Of a DNA stretch of 64,000 bases, positions 22,576 to 33,200 are shown one piece after another (the stretch's first letter is position 1; every line of letters starts with the position of its first letter). A model generated the notes under the pieces. The model searched no databases. It was not told the origin of the DNA and saw nothing but the letters and a program-made list of their open reading frames with translations. The translations under genes and the position numbers were made by a program. The DNA is from Chamaesiphon sp. (GTDB lineage: Bacteria > Cyanobacteriota > Cyanobacteriia > Cyanobacteriales > Chamaesiphonaceae), in assembly GCA_965246715.1 (NCBI GenBank), contig CBDFFH010000002.1, forward strand, positions 160,001 through 224,000, in the 5' to 3' direction.

Positions 22576-23194
22576 AATCGGCGAAGTTTTAATGCTGGAG
22601 AGTAATTACTCTAGAGGCGGGCGAGATCTAGATCTTATCCGCCTCTATCGATCTAGAATTCATTGCGGATTTTTTCCAGCGCAAGAGCGGAGAAAGTTGA
22701 TGCCAAAATACTATAGGCAGGGTACGAGCGACAGGGTATTTAGTATTCTCAAATACAGAATATCTCAGCCAAGATCGGTACCGTGCAAATTGAGCGATCG
22801 AACGATCGCAACCCCGATGTACGCTCACAGTAATTTAAAGTAATTCAGTAGCTGAGTGTAAGCTCAAATATAGATGGTAAAAAGTGTCCATCTTCCACAG
22901 CTAATAATCCAAAATCCGGTTTGCAATTTGTCGGCGAGCCGACCACTAGCTTTGTACGTCTGGTTCCCCTTGGATGGGGAACCTTCCAGAACGACGAGAA
23001 GCGTTGGGGTAAGCGCAAAGCGCAGCGTTTGCCTTAGCAAAAGCCTGCCATAGATCTGGAGGTTGGGCTGAACAATGAAACTAGGGCAGCCGTAACCAAA
23101 ATCGGTTTCATCCATTAGACGACATTGATGTCGGTTTAGATGCCCAATACCCGATCCGTACACTGCAAAATCCAAAACTCAAAATCCACCAACT

Positions 23195-25390
23195 ATGACT
23201 GACACAATCAAAACACTTTGCCCCTATTGTGGTGTCGGCTGTGGGTTAGAGGCTTCACCTCCCGCCCAACCAGGAAAATCGATTTATCGGGATAGCAGTG
23301 GTACGCCGATTTGGAAAGTGATGGGAGATAAATCTCACCCGTCTAGTCAGGGGATGGTCTGTGTCAAAGGGGCAACGATTAGCGAATCACTCTACAAAGA
23401 TCGGTTAACGCACCCGATGGTCAGGGAGAGTTTGGACAAACCATTCGTGCGTGCGAGTTGGGATGAAGCCTATCGCCGAATTGTCGAACGGATGCAAACT
23501 GTCATCGAGACGCAAGGTGCCGATGGGATCTGTATGTATGGCTCGGGGCAGTTTCAGACCGAGGATTACTATATCGCCCAAAAACTACTCAAGGGTTGTC
23601 TGGGTACGAATAATTTTGATGCGAATTCGCGGCTGTGCATGTCTTCGGCGGTATCTGGCTATATCCAGAGTTTCGGTGCCGATGGCCCACCTTGCTGTTA
23701 TGACGATATCGAACAAACCGATTTTGCGTTTCTGATCGGGACGAATACCGCCGAATGTCACCCGATTTTATTCAATCGGCTGCGGAAATATCATAAACAA
23801 CACGATCGGGTGAAAATGGTCGTAGTCGATCCGCGACGGACAGCAACAGCCGAAGCCGCAGATCTCCATCTGGCGATTACGCCGGGGACGGACATCGACT
23901 TATTAAATGGGATTGCTTACTTACTCCTGCGCGCGGGTAAAATCGACCAGCAATTTATCGAATCCTGTACTAGCAACTTTGCCGCCTTTGCCGAAGTTAT
24001 CCAACACTATCCCCCAGCTGTCGTCTCCGCAAAATGTGGCATCTCCGAAGCAGATTTAGAAAAGACCGCCAAATGGTGGGGCGCTGCAAACAACGTCTTG
24101 TCACTGTGGTCGATGGGGGTGAATCAGTCTAGCGAAGGTACTGCCAAAGTTCGGCATATTATCAATCTCCACCTGATGACTCGCCAAATCGGGAGACCAG
24201 GAGCGGGGCCATTTTCTCTAACCGGACAGCCGAACGCGATGGGCGGACGCGAAGCAGGTGGACTCAGTCATATCCTTCCTGGCTACCGCCTCGTCAAAAA
24301 TCCCGCCCAACGTGCCGAACTTGAAGAGTTGTGGGGTTTGGCACCAGGACAAATCTCCCCCAACACTGGCAAAACTGCCTGGGAGATGATTACCGGTATG
24401 GAAACAGAATCGGTGGGCTTGTTGTGGATTGCCGCCACCAATCCGGCCGTAAGTATGCCCGACTTAGAGCGAACGAAAGCGGCGCTGGCGCGATCGCCAT
24501 TTACGGTTTATCAGGATGCCTACTATCCCACCGAAACATCGAAATACGCTCACATCCTCCTCCCTGCCGCCCAATGGAGCGAGAAAACTGGAGTGATGAC
24601 TAATTCCGAGCGCACCGTCACGCTCTGTCCCACCTTTAGAAGTCCACCTGGGGAAGCGAAAGCCGATTGGGAAATCTTTGCCGAAGTCGGACGGCGCATG
24701 GGTTTTGCCAAACAGTTTTCATTCAATAACAGTGCAGAAGTTTACGCCGAATTTGCGCGACTCAGTCAAGGTCGCCCCTGTGATGTCACGGGACTGAGCC
24801 ATCAAGTCCTCAAAGATAACGGCCCCATCCAATGGCCCCATCCGACTGGCTGTAAGACTAAATATGGGAAACGGCTCTATACAGATCTGCAATTCCATCA
24901 TCCCGACAAACGCGCCAAATTTGCCGCCTGTCACTCCAAAGGATTGGCAGAGCCTCCCGATCCAAATTTCCCGTTCGTGCTGACCACCGGGCGACTATAC
25001 GGTCACTGGCACACTTTGACGCGAACCGGACGCATCCCCAAAATTCAACAGATGCATCCCGAACCCTTTATCGAAATTCATCCCCGCGATGCCTCACGGC
25101 TGCAAATCGAGCAGGGGGATTGGGTGGAAGTGCGATCGCGTCGCGGGACAGGGCGGTTTCCGGCGCTGGTGACATCAGCGATTAACCGAGGGACGGTATT
25201 CGTCCCCATGCACTGGGGCGATTTGTGGGCGAAGGATGCCGCCGCAAATACGTTTACGCACCCCGCAGCTTGTCCAGATTCGCTCCAGCCAGAATTGAAA
25301 GCTTGCGCCGTGCAATTATTTCCAGTTAAATTTATCGGACTTACATCGGAAAAATTCAAATCAGCTCAATTAATCGAAGCACCCCGTTGA
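23195..25390 (+). CDS. narB: ferredoxin-dependent nitrate reductase
   Basis: [43 protein letters not shown]. Confidence 0.96.
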   Translation: MTDTIKTLCPYCGVGCGLEASPPAQPGKSIYRDSSGTPIWKVMGDKSHPSSQGMVCVKGATISESLYKDRLTHPMVRESLDKPFVRASWDEAYRRIVERMQTVIETQGADGICMYGSGQFQTEDYYIAQKLLKGCLGTNNFDANSRLCMSSAVSGYIQSFGADGPPCCYDDIEQTDFAFLIGTNTAECHPILFNRLRKYHKQHDRVKMVVVDPRRTATAEAADLHLAITPGTDIDLLNGIAYLLLRAGKIDQQFIESCTSNFAAFAEVIQHYPPAVVSAKCGISEADLEKTAKWWGAANNVLSLWSMGVNQSSEGTAKVRHIINLHLMTRQIGRPGAGPFSLTGQPNAMGGREAGGLSHILPGYRLVKNPAQRAELEELWGLAPGQISPNTGKTAWEMITGMETESVGLLWIAATNPAVSMPDLERTKAALARSPFTVYQDAYYPTETSKYAHILLPAAQWSEKTGVMTNSERTVTLCPTFRSPPGEAKADWEIFAEVGRRMGFAKQFSFNNSAEVYAEFARLSQGRPCDVTGLSHQVLKDNGPIQWPHPTGCKTKYGKRLYTDLQFHHPDKRAKFAACHSKGLAEPPDPNFPFVLTTGRLYGHWHTLTRTGRIPKIQQMHPEPFIEIHPRDASRLQIEQGDWVEVRSRRGTGRFPALVTSAINRGTVFVPMHWGDLWAKDAAANTFTHPAACPDSLQPELKACAVQLFPVKFIGLTSEKFKSAQLIEAPR

Positions 25391-25404
25391 ATAGGGCTTT
25401 GACA

Positions 25405-27621
25405 TCAGTTTTGCTCGTGCAGATCGATCGAATGTCGATCGATCTGTTCCAGATGTTTGGCCCACATTTCCTGATAGGCTTGTTCCATGTCGATCGTAAA
25501 TTGTTTGGCATTCCAGACAGGTGCAGTCTGACGACCAGATCTCAACTTTTCTCGAACTTGCATTCTTAACTCTCGATCGAGTCCCAATTTAATGCCCCAA
25601 TCGATATATTCTTGCTGATTCCAGGCAATTCCTTCACTAATCCCCGCATTGAGCATAAACGTGTAGCTATTGCGCGCTGCAAATTGCTGCCCTACCTGCG
25701 TTACCATCGGGATCCCCAGCCAGAGCGTTTCCAATGTTGTAGTGGCACCATTGTAGGGGAAAGTATCGAGCACGATATCGGCGATCGCTAAATTAGCACG
25801 GTGGGTATATTCATCTGCCACATTCCCCAAAAAGCGTAACCGATCGAATTCGATGCCTTCCTCAGCCGCAATTTTACCAAAAAATTCCTCAATAATCGTC
25901 GGATCTGTATCTCCTTTAATCAGAAAATAGCTACCAGGTACAGATTTAATAATCCGCATCTGAGCGCGAACTGTATCGGGATGGCGCTTATGTCCTCGTT
26001 GTCCGCTCCAGTAAATTATCGCATCGCCAGGAATCCCTAAACTTCTACGGCTAATTGTGGGCGTACCGACCTCAAAACCTGCTACTGACAGATAACACTG
26101 AGGTAGTCGCCAGATTTTTTCCTGATAATAATCTTGAGCATTAGCTGGTAACACATATCGATCGGCAATAAAATAATCGACAGTTGGTAAACCAGTAGCA
26201 TCCCATCCCAACCAACTGACTTGAACTGGGGCAGGTTTGGCCGCTAAGATACTGCAAGTAGTATCTAACGTGAGACTATCGAGATCGATGAGAATATCTA
26301 TTTCATCAGCACTAATTTGGGCGCTAATCTCAGCAGCATCTCGACCGAAACAATAGCTCACATCCGATCGATCGCGAAACCACGTTTGGTAGAACGGATC
26401 TTCCGAATTTTGATTGATACAGTAAGTAAAAATTTGAAATTTCTCGCGATCGTGATATCGAAATAACCAACGGCTCAGCCAGCCAACAGAATGACTTCTT
26501 AGTGTCGATGCCAAGTAACCGATTCTGATAATTTCCAAGCGTTTGACTACAGATGATGGTGCGATCGATCGATCTGGTAAGCGATATTGAATCGATTGGA
26601 GATATTTTTTAGCAATCTGATTTTGAAGCGATCGAAAATATTTGGGTCGATCGGTCAGACAAGCAATAAAAACTGCAGCAACGATGATGAGCTGATTTGT
26701 ATTTGCAAGTAATAGTTCGTCTTGTCGATCGACCAATTCTGACAGTAAGCGATAGTGTCGATCGATAATTTCATCTGCATTGAGCCAGTCGCCAGAACTG
26801 AGGGTAGCTCTGATAATTGTATTGTTAGTAACGATCTTACTAATTAAATTATCGCACAGCTCGTAAGCATGGGTGCAGCTCTTAAGAGCTTGCTTATAGT
26901 CGCGTGTATTGCAATATAATCTCGATAGAGCGTTGAGAGTTGCAATATTATGGGGCTGCACTGCCAAACATTTCTCTAAAACTTCAATAAAAAATGTTTT
27001 ACTACCAAATTGATGTTCTAATGCCAATACTGCATCGATAACTGTAGCGATCGATTCAGTTTGGTACTCAGTCAAATAAACTAAACATTGCCAGATAAAC
27101 TCACGAACTTCTATTGATGGGTAATACAATATTGAAGCTAGCAGGTTAGCCAACAGCTGGCGATCGACATCCCGATCTGCTGCATTTTCCAGCACAGCGA
27201 CAGCATCGAGATCTGACAAAGTTTCTGGAATGAATCTCTCCAACTTAATTTCTAATAATATCGAACGTAATAAGTTATTTACATGAGCAGCATCTATCTC
27301 GCGCAAGTACTGACAGATCGGCCAAACATCATCGAGGCAATCTTGGGCGAGTTTTTCAGTGGCAATCCGATCGAGCGTGCCAGCCAGATCGTGAGTCAAA
27401 GCTTCTATATCTGCCGAATCGCTCTCAAAGGGAATAAACCAAGTTGCTTGAGCGTCTACTTCCCGTTCTTGAAGGAGATAGGCAATACCGAGATACCAAT
27501 AATTGAGATTAGATTCGTCACCCCGGTCGATTATCATCTCATAATACTCGATCGTTTGCTCTAAGATATCGGTATCGAACTGACGATCGATCGAGCTTTG
27601 AGGTAGATGTAAAACTTGCAT
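25405..27621 (-). CDS. O-GlcNAc transferase-like GT41/SPINDLY family protein (paralog 2)
   Basis: RIGYL..HSVG, IDILIDL, KPAPVQ..WLG, LDTFPYNGATTTLE; degenerate TPR N-terminus. Confidence 0.9.
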   Translation of the reverse strand: MQVLHLPQSSIDRQFDTDILEQTIEYYEMIIDRGDESNLNYWYLGIAYLLQEREVDAQATWFIPFESDSADIEALTHDLAGTLDRIATEKLAQDCLDDVWPICQYLREIDAAHVNNLLRSILLEIKLERFIPETLSDLDAVAVLENAADRDVDRQLLANLLASILYYPSIEVREFIWQCLVYLTEYQTESIATVIDAVLALEHQFGSKTFFIEVLEKCLAVQPHNIATLNALSRLYCNTRDYKQALKSCTHAYELCDNLISKIVTNNTIIRATLSSGDWLNADEIIDRHYRLLSELVDRQDELLLANTNQLIIVAAVFIACLTDRPKYFRSLQNQIAKKYLQSIQYRLPDRSIAPSSVVKRLEIIRIGYLASTLRSHSVGWLSRWLFRYHDREKFQIFTYCINQNSEDPFYQTWFRDRSDVSYCFGRDAAEISAQISADEIDILIDLDSLTLDTTCSILAAKPAPVQVSWLGWDATGLPTVDYFIADRYVLPANAQDYYQEKIWRLPQCYLSVAGFEVGTPTISRRSLGIPGDAIIYWSGQRGHKRHPDTVRAQMRIIKSVPGSYFLIKGDTDPTIIEEFFGKIAAEEGIEFDRLRFLGNVADEYTHRANLAIADIVLDTFPYNGATTTLETLWLGIPMVTQVGQQFAARNSYTFMLNAGISEGIAWNQQEYIDWGIKLGLDRELRMQVREKLRSGRQTAPVWNAKQFTIDMEQAYQEMWAKHLEQIDRHSIDLHEQN

Positions 27622-27626
27622 ATAAT

Positions 27627-29843
27627 TTAGTTGTTATTGTAGCGATTGCTTGGATGAAATTGAGTTTCCGCTTGATATTTTGCCCACATTTCTCGATATG
27701 CTTGCTCCATGTCAAGAGTAAATTGTCGAGCATTCCAAACTGGGGCAGTTTGTCGCCCCGCACGCAATTTTTCGCGAATTTCCATCCGAAGTTTTGGAGC
27801 GAGTCCCAATCTAATGCCCCACTCAATATATTCCTGTTGATTCCAGGCAATTCCTTCTTCAATTCCGGCGTTAAGCATGAACGTATAACTATTTCGCGAC
27901 GCAAATTGTTGTCCTACTTGAGTCACCATCGGAATTCCCATCCATAGAGTTTCCAGGGTAGTAGTGGCACCATTATACGGAAAGGTATCGAGAACTACAT
28001 CTGCGATTGTCAGATTAGCACGGTGTGTATATTCATCAGCAACAGTTTCTAAAAATTTCAATCTTTCTAGATCTACACCTTCTTCCCTACAAATTCTGCC
28101 AAACAAATTGCGAATTATCTCTGGATCGCTTTTACCTTTGATTAATAAATAACTGTTTGGCACCGCTTTAATAATACGGATCTGACAGCGAATATTATCT
28201 GGATGACGTTTGTATCCACTCTGGCTGCTAAAATACACTACAGCATCGACAGGAATATTTAGCTCTTGACGAGTGAGAGTTGGTACCCCAACTTCAAATC
28301 CATCTACGGCAACATAGGTTTGAGGAAGTCGCCAGAGCTGTTCTTGATAATATTCGCTAGCATCATCTGGAACTACATAAGGATCGACAATAAAGTAATC
28401 GATCGCAGGTAAACCTGTTGCATCCAGACCCAACCATGTTGCTTGAACTGGAGCTGGCTTACATGCCATTACCAAACAGCTAAAGTCGAATGTCAGACTG
28501 TCTAAATCGATCAAAATATCGATCTTATCTGTCCTAATTTGGGCGACTATCTCTTGATAGTTGATATCAAAGTAGTAGCTAACATCTGCCTTGTCTCGAA
28601 ACCATTGATGATTGAAAGGATCGTTTGGATGTTGATTGACGCAATAAATATAAACTTCAAAATATTGTCGATCGTGATGGTGAAATAACCATCGACTCAA
28701 CCACCCAACAGAATGGACTTTCAGAGTAGAAGCTAGATAACCGATCCGGATAGAACTTGTCTTCTTGGGTAGCGGTGGAGACAATTGATATTTAAATGTC
28801 GATTTAAATAGAGACGGGATAACTTGTTGTTGATAAAAAGCTGCTAGTTTATTCTGTAGGATTCGATCGATGCGAGGATTGTCATCGATATAAAAGCTAT
28901 AATATGAAGTAACTATTAATTGATGTGAAGTATCGGAAGCTGCCTGTAAATCAGCGATCGTAAGATTTTCGAGTAGGTAACGATGCCGATCGATTCTTTC
29001 TTCATAGCTATCCCAATTTCCAGCTATGAGATTTGCCCCTTGAATTAAATAACTTGAAAACAATAGATCGATAGAATTGGAGGCGAGCTGTGCGTAACTT
29101 TCAGCAGTGGCTATCGCTTTTGTAGATAGCCCGATTGCAGAATATAATTTTGATAAAAATTGAATAATATCTAGATCGTTTGGAGAAAAATATAAACAAA
29201 TCTCTACTAGACCTACAGCAAATGTCCCTTGCTTGTATCGATGAAATAGCTCGAAGGCATTAATTATTAATCTAGAGACAACTTGTATTTGTGTATCTCC
29301 TAACAAACGTAAGCAAGCATCGATCGATTTTAAGCTTAGTTCTGTATGTAGTTTATGCGCTAAAATTGAAGTGGTTTCTGCTACTAATTCTTCACTAATT
29401 ATGCAGGCTGTCGTATCTTCTAATAATTCCACTAATTGAAAATTTATTAAATCTTCATCTACTAATCGATCGAGCTGTGCTGTTAAAACAATCGACTTAA
29501 ATATATTTTCTAATAAATCTGGTTTTAGTACCCAAATATAGTGACGAATCGACCAAGCATTCTCTAAATCCGAGATCTCGGCTCGATGGTTTGCTTCTCG
29601 ATCTAGGATCGCTATTAGTTCTTCAGTATATCGCTCTGTTTCTAGCTCGTTTGCATCTGCAAACGGCACAAACCAAGTGGTTATAACTTCTTCTTCTCTA
29701 CCTAATAATAAATAGCTCAGCCCCAAATACCAATAGTTACCGATGGTCGTCGGTTTATTTGCAATCTCCGCTTCGTAAAATTCACATGACTGAACTGCTA
29801 TCCTTGGAGTAGTCAAGTTATGAGTAATTGTAGATATTGTCAT
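27627..29843 (-). CDS. O-GlcNAc transferase-like GT41/SPINDLY family protein (paralog 1)
   Basis: Same GT41 motifs; directly downstream of the pilin genes. Confidence 0.9.
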   Translation of the reverse strand: MTISTITHNLTTPRIAVQSCEFYEAEIANKPTTIGNYWYLGLSYLLLGREEEVITTWFVPFADANELETERYTEELIAILDREANHRAEISDLENAWSIRHYIWVLKPDLLENIFKSIVLTAQLDRLVDEDLINFQLVELLEDTTACIISEELVAETTSILAHKLHTELSLKSIDACLRLLGDTQIQVVSRLIINAFELFHRYKQGTFAVGLVEICLYFSPNDLDIIQFLSKLYSAIGLSTKAIATAESYAQLASNSIDLLFSSYLIQGANLIAGNWDSYEERIDRHRYLLENLTIADLQAASDTSHQLIVTSYYSFYIDDNPRIDRILQNKLAAFYQQQVIPSLFKSTFKYQLSPPLPKKTSSIRIGYLASTLKVHSVGWLSRWLFHHHDRQYFEVYIYCVNQHPNDPFNHQWFRDKADVSYYFDINYQEIVAQIRTDKIDILIDLDSLTFDFSCLVMACKPAPVQATWLGLDATGLPAIDYFIVDPYVVPDDASEYYQEQLWRLPQTYVAVDGFEVGVPTLTRQELNIPVDAVVYFSSQSGYKRHPDNIRCQIRIIKAVPNSYLLIKGKSDPEIIRNLFGRICREEGVDLERLKFLETVADEYTHRANLTIADVVLDTFPYNGATTTLETLWMGIPMVTQVGQQFASRNSYTFMLNAGIEEGIAWNQQEYIEWGIRLGLAPKLRMEIREKLRAGRQTAPVWNARQFTLDMEQAYREMWAKYQAETQFHPSNRYNNN

Positions 29844-30008
29844 GAGTGAATATCGATCGGATGGTAGATCGTATTCCAGTATATTGAACCTAGATAGATT
29901 TCAAATCAGTGCAAATACTTATAGATAATTTTCGCTCGCTCGCTCGCCCAGTAATTACACTAATTTGCTGTCTCAGGCAATAGAGATCGAATTTAACAAT
30001 AAATTGTG

Positions 30009-30542
30009 CTACAACGCGATATATGGGGCAGTGCAAGTAGACGCAGCATTGGTAGGGGTGATAGGTGTAGTAGGAGCTGAAGTTCCAGGAGTCGCCGCTT
30101 CACACAAGACTGTCGAAACTGCGGCTAGATTAACAGAATTGATATACCGATTGGCAGCACCACTGTATCCTTTGCCAGAAGAATCATTAGATTGAGCGAG
30201 AATAGTGGCATTGTCAGTCGTACCATTCAAAGTGTAATTATAATACTTGGTGCTAGCTGTCGTGCTACCTGAAATATTACCGATCGCTATTTGATCGAAT
30301 GTACTAGCAAATTGGCTGTTTTGAGACCGATAAACATTTTGAACGCGATTACTCGCACCAATAATTTGTTTAGCTTCAGACTGTTTCGCTTTAGCAGATT
30401 GGTTGAGGAAGCTGGGTAGTGCTATTGCTGCTAAGATGCCGACGATAATAATTACCACTAAAAGCTCTACAAGGGTAAACCCTTGTTTGTGTCGATCGTG
30501 GTTGAGGTATTGGATAAATTTGGCTTTGAGTTCGGTTCTCAT
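30009..30542 (-). CDS. type IV pilin-like protein 2
   Basis: MRTELKAKF leader, G/FTLVELLVV prepilin site, C-terminal Cys pair; start moved to ATG 30542. Confidence 0.92.
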   Translation of the reverse strand: MRTELKAKFIQYLNHDRHKQGFTLVELLVVIIIVGILAAIALPSFLNQSAKAKQSEAKQIIGASNRVQNVYRSQNSQFASTFDQIAIGNISGSTTASTKYYNYTLNGTTDNATILAQSNDSSGKGYSGAANRYINSVNLAAVSTVLCEAATPGTSAPTTPITPTNAASTCTAPYIAL

Positions 30543-30596
30543 GTTCGTTATTCGGATTGAAATTTGTGAGAAATAGGAGTCGGTAGTTATCCCTAT

Positions 30597-30603
30597 CTTA
30601 CCC
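30597..30603 (-). promoter_or_regulatory. SigF-type promoter element GGGTAAG for pilin 2
   Basis: cttaccc on + strand, about 55 nt upstream of the ATG; same motif precedes pilin 1. Confidence 0.55.
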
Positions 30604-30664
30604 AAACATTGACGATTGTCTATCATCTATATCGATAATTAACTCGAAATTTGTATGAGTTTTC

Positions 30665-30711
30665 TACGAAAAAGCACCACGATCGAAGTGAGATCGTGGT
30701 GCTTTTTCGTA
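30665..30711. terminator. strong bidirectional terminator between the pilins
   Basis: tacgaaaaagcaccacgatc / gatcgtggtgctttttcgta perfect inverted repeat. Confidence 0.85.
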
Positions 30712-30765
30712 ACATTATTAATTTGTAAATCGATATTTAACTTACCGATTAATTAAGCTATACTA

Positions 30766-31323
30766 TTACAGCTTGACGGGAGCGGTACCAGGACAAGTAG
30801 CTTCAGCGGTAGTGGTAGCAGTAAAAGTACCAGGATCCGTAGTATCAGGAGCGGTTCTTTCGCAGACAAGAGAAGAAATTACAGGTAAGCTAGAAGAGTT
30901 AGTGTAACGGTTGCTACCACCAGTATATCCTTTAGTCGCACTATCCAGTGAAACAGCTTTGAGTGTTGCACTATCTTGAGTACCGTTCATGGTATAACTA
31001 TAGTACTTTGTAGTAGCAGTTGTACTACCCGACAGAACACCCATTGCTAATGCGTCGAAACTAGTAGCAAAAGTATTGGAACCTACAGCACCATTGCCAT
31101 CACCACCACGGAAGGAAGTTTGTAGACGGTTGAAAGTACCGATGTTTTGTTTAGCTTCGGATTGTTTTGCTTTAGCAGATTGGTTGAGGAAACTAGGCAG
31201 AGCGATCGCAGCTAAAATACCGATGATGATGATAACAACTAACAATTCGACGAGAGTGAAACCTTTTTCGCTTTGTTTGCGGTTGAGGTGTTGGATAAAT
31301 TTAGCTTTTAGTTCGGTTCTCAT
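30766..31323 (-). CDS. pilA: type IV pilin, probable major pilin
   Basis: G/FTLVELLVVIIIIGILAAIALP, C-terminal Cys pair, GGAG upstream of ATG 31323, own terminator. Confidence 0.9.
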   Translation of the reverse strand: MRTELKAKFIQHLNRKQSEKGFTLVELLVVIIIIGILAAIALPSFLNQSAKAKQSEAKQNIGTFNRLQTSFRGGDGNGAVGSNTFATSFDALAMGVLSGSTTATTKYYSYTMNGTQDSATLKAVSLDSATKGYTGGSNRYTNSSSLPVISSLVCERTAPDTTDPGTFTATTTAEATCPGTAPVKL

Positions 31324-31380
31324 TTTAAATATCTCCGGAAGGGTTAAGGGTTTGTTGTTTCGTTTGCTTCGTGTCCTCAG

Positions 31381-31387
31381 CTTACCC
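31381..31387 (-). promoter_or_regulatory. SigF-type promoter element GGGTAAG for pilA
   Basis: cttaccc on + strand, about 58 nt upstream of the ATG. Confidence 0.6.
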
Positions 31388-31685
31388 ACTTCTTTCAAAC
31401 TACCTATCACCCCTTTCAAAGTTTTTTTTAAATACCCTTTAAAAGATACGGTTATCCACCCTCAAACCTACTTCTCCAGCCAAAATACCGATCGAAATTA
31501 TTTTTTTAGGACGGTCGATATTGAAGATCGCGATCGCAAATTAAATGCGATCGCGATCGAGTTCTTAGTTACATATATGTGTTTTCTATATTTCTCGATC
31601 TCCCAGTGAAGATATTCGATCGACGACTCTAACTCTTAGCGCCCTCTTCGCAGCCGAAAGCAGCTAGGGGATGGGGAGAGGTCAT

Positions 31686-33098
31686 CTACTCATTCATAGT
31701 CTTAAATGTAGCTACGGCAGATGGCGATTGACCGCTGAGGTACCGGAAGATCCAGTATTTGAAGACTGTATCGATAAATACGGGGAAGGTGGCAATGAAC
31801 AGGGAGTTGAATGCTGGGTTTTCGGGGATGCCTAAATGGACGGCGGTACCTTGGAGGATGACTTCCCAGCCGTGGGGAGAGTGAAAGCCGACGAAAGTAT
31901 CGGTGACGAGGATAATGATAAAGGCTTTGGCCGTGTCGCTGAGTCCAGAGACAAGATCGTCGAGGAAGGATTTGAGTACGACGATCTGTTGTTTGCCATT
32001 GACGATCAACCAGGCAAAGGCAAAAACCGAGAGTAAGTCAGCAAACCAGTTTTTGACAGCTTCGGCACTTTGACGATAGAAGCTTCGTTTAATTTCTTCG
32101 GCTTTTTCGACGAGCTTTTCTTCGATTTGCTCGGCGTTGAGTTTGGGTGCCAGTCCAACCATCTGTTTGAATTTGAGATTCTTTTCAAACCGTTCCATCT
32201 CTGCCATTGCCTCTGATTCGAGGTTGACATTGAGGAAGACATCAGCATGACGATAGCTGCGATACAGATCGATCGCTGGGCCGATCGCGACTATTTTGGA
32301 GACATACTGAACTAACAGTGGCACCAAAATCAGTAGCAAGATATATCTTAGTGCCGTTCTGGTCTTACCCTGACTGTAGCGATAATTTTCGAGGACTTGA
32401 GCTTCGGCTTTGGGATTGAGATCTTGCTGAATTCGCTGAAAAGTTTTGATCAGCGACGGATCGATGATGGCTTTTTTGCTGATATTGTCATTGGCTCGAT
32501 CGGCTCGATCGGTCATTGGCTTAGCAGGGCGACGGTCTGATGTGGCAGCTGAATTATTATTGAGGAGATTGGTTGGCGCTCGCTGTCCGAGTGTGAGGGA
32601 GCTACGATCGCTCGACGGTAAGCCATTGCTAGGTTGTTGTCCGAAGATATCTTCGATATATGCATCTGTTTCGGTACTGTCGGCATACCGAGTTAAGATT
32701 TCATCGATAAAACTGAGTTTCTCTAAAATCCGCGCTTCCTGCTCGATATCCTGAGTATAGGGATTGAGGGAGTTAAAGCCAGGGTCGAACTGTTGACTGT
32801 CTACCGATCGAGGATAATTACTACCAGTTACCGTTCGACTGGTTTGAAATTCAGCAAGTCGGATGCGAGCGATATTTAGGTACTTGTTGAGGTCGTTCTG
32901 AAAATAAGTAGCAACTTGATTGCCACTATATTCACTGGCAATCTCGATTTTATCGCCACCAAAATGTTCGTCTTCGATCGCTTTAATTTTCAGAGCGGCT
33001 TTATATGCTTCATCCAATGCCCGATCGGCGGTACGATAAAACCATTGATTTGCTTTGCGCCAGTATTGACCGAATCTGTTGATGAGAAAGCTTTCCAT
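31686..33098 (-). CDS. pcxA: proton extrusion protein PcxA (CemA family)
   Basis: RALDEAYKAALKIKAIEDEHF, LSDTAKAF, FVGFHSPHGWE, ATFPVFIDTVFKYWIFRYL. Confidence 0.93.
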   Translation of the reverse strand: MESFLINRFGQYWRKANQWFYRTADRALDEAYKAALKIKAIEDEHFGGDKIEIASEYSGNQVATYFQNDLNKYLNIARIRLAEFQTSRTVTGSNYPRSVDSQQFDPGFNSLNPYTQDIEQEARILEKLSFIDEILTRYADSTETDAYIEDIFGQQPSNGLPSSDRSSLTLGQRAPTNLLNNNSAATSDRRPAKPMTDRADRANDNISKKAIIDPSLIKTFQRIQQDLNPKAEAQVLENYRYSQGKTRTALRYILLLILVPLLVQYVSKIVAIGPAIDLYRSYRHADVFLNVNLESEAMAEMERFEKNLKFKQMVGLAPKLNAEQIEEKLVEKAEEIKRSFYRQSAEAVKNWFADLLSVFAFAWLIVNGKQQIVVLKSFLDDLVSGLSDTAKAFIIILVTDTFVGFHSPHGWEVILQGTAVHLGIPENPAFNSLFIATFPVFIDTVFKYWIFRYLSGQSPSAVATFKTMNE

Positions 33099-33200
33099 GT
33101 GCGCGAGTAGGCGAGGGGTAAGGGGATGAGGGGGAAGTAAGCCACCATACACTAGTCACTAGCTACTAGCTACTTACTCAATAACAACTAGCTTTAAACT

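Noticed and set aside
22576..23194. ORFs between nrtP and narB
   Set aside because: No family motif; the region contains short repeats (aatccaaaatcc) and looks non-coding.
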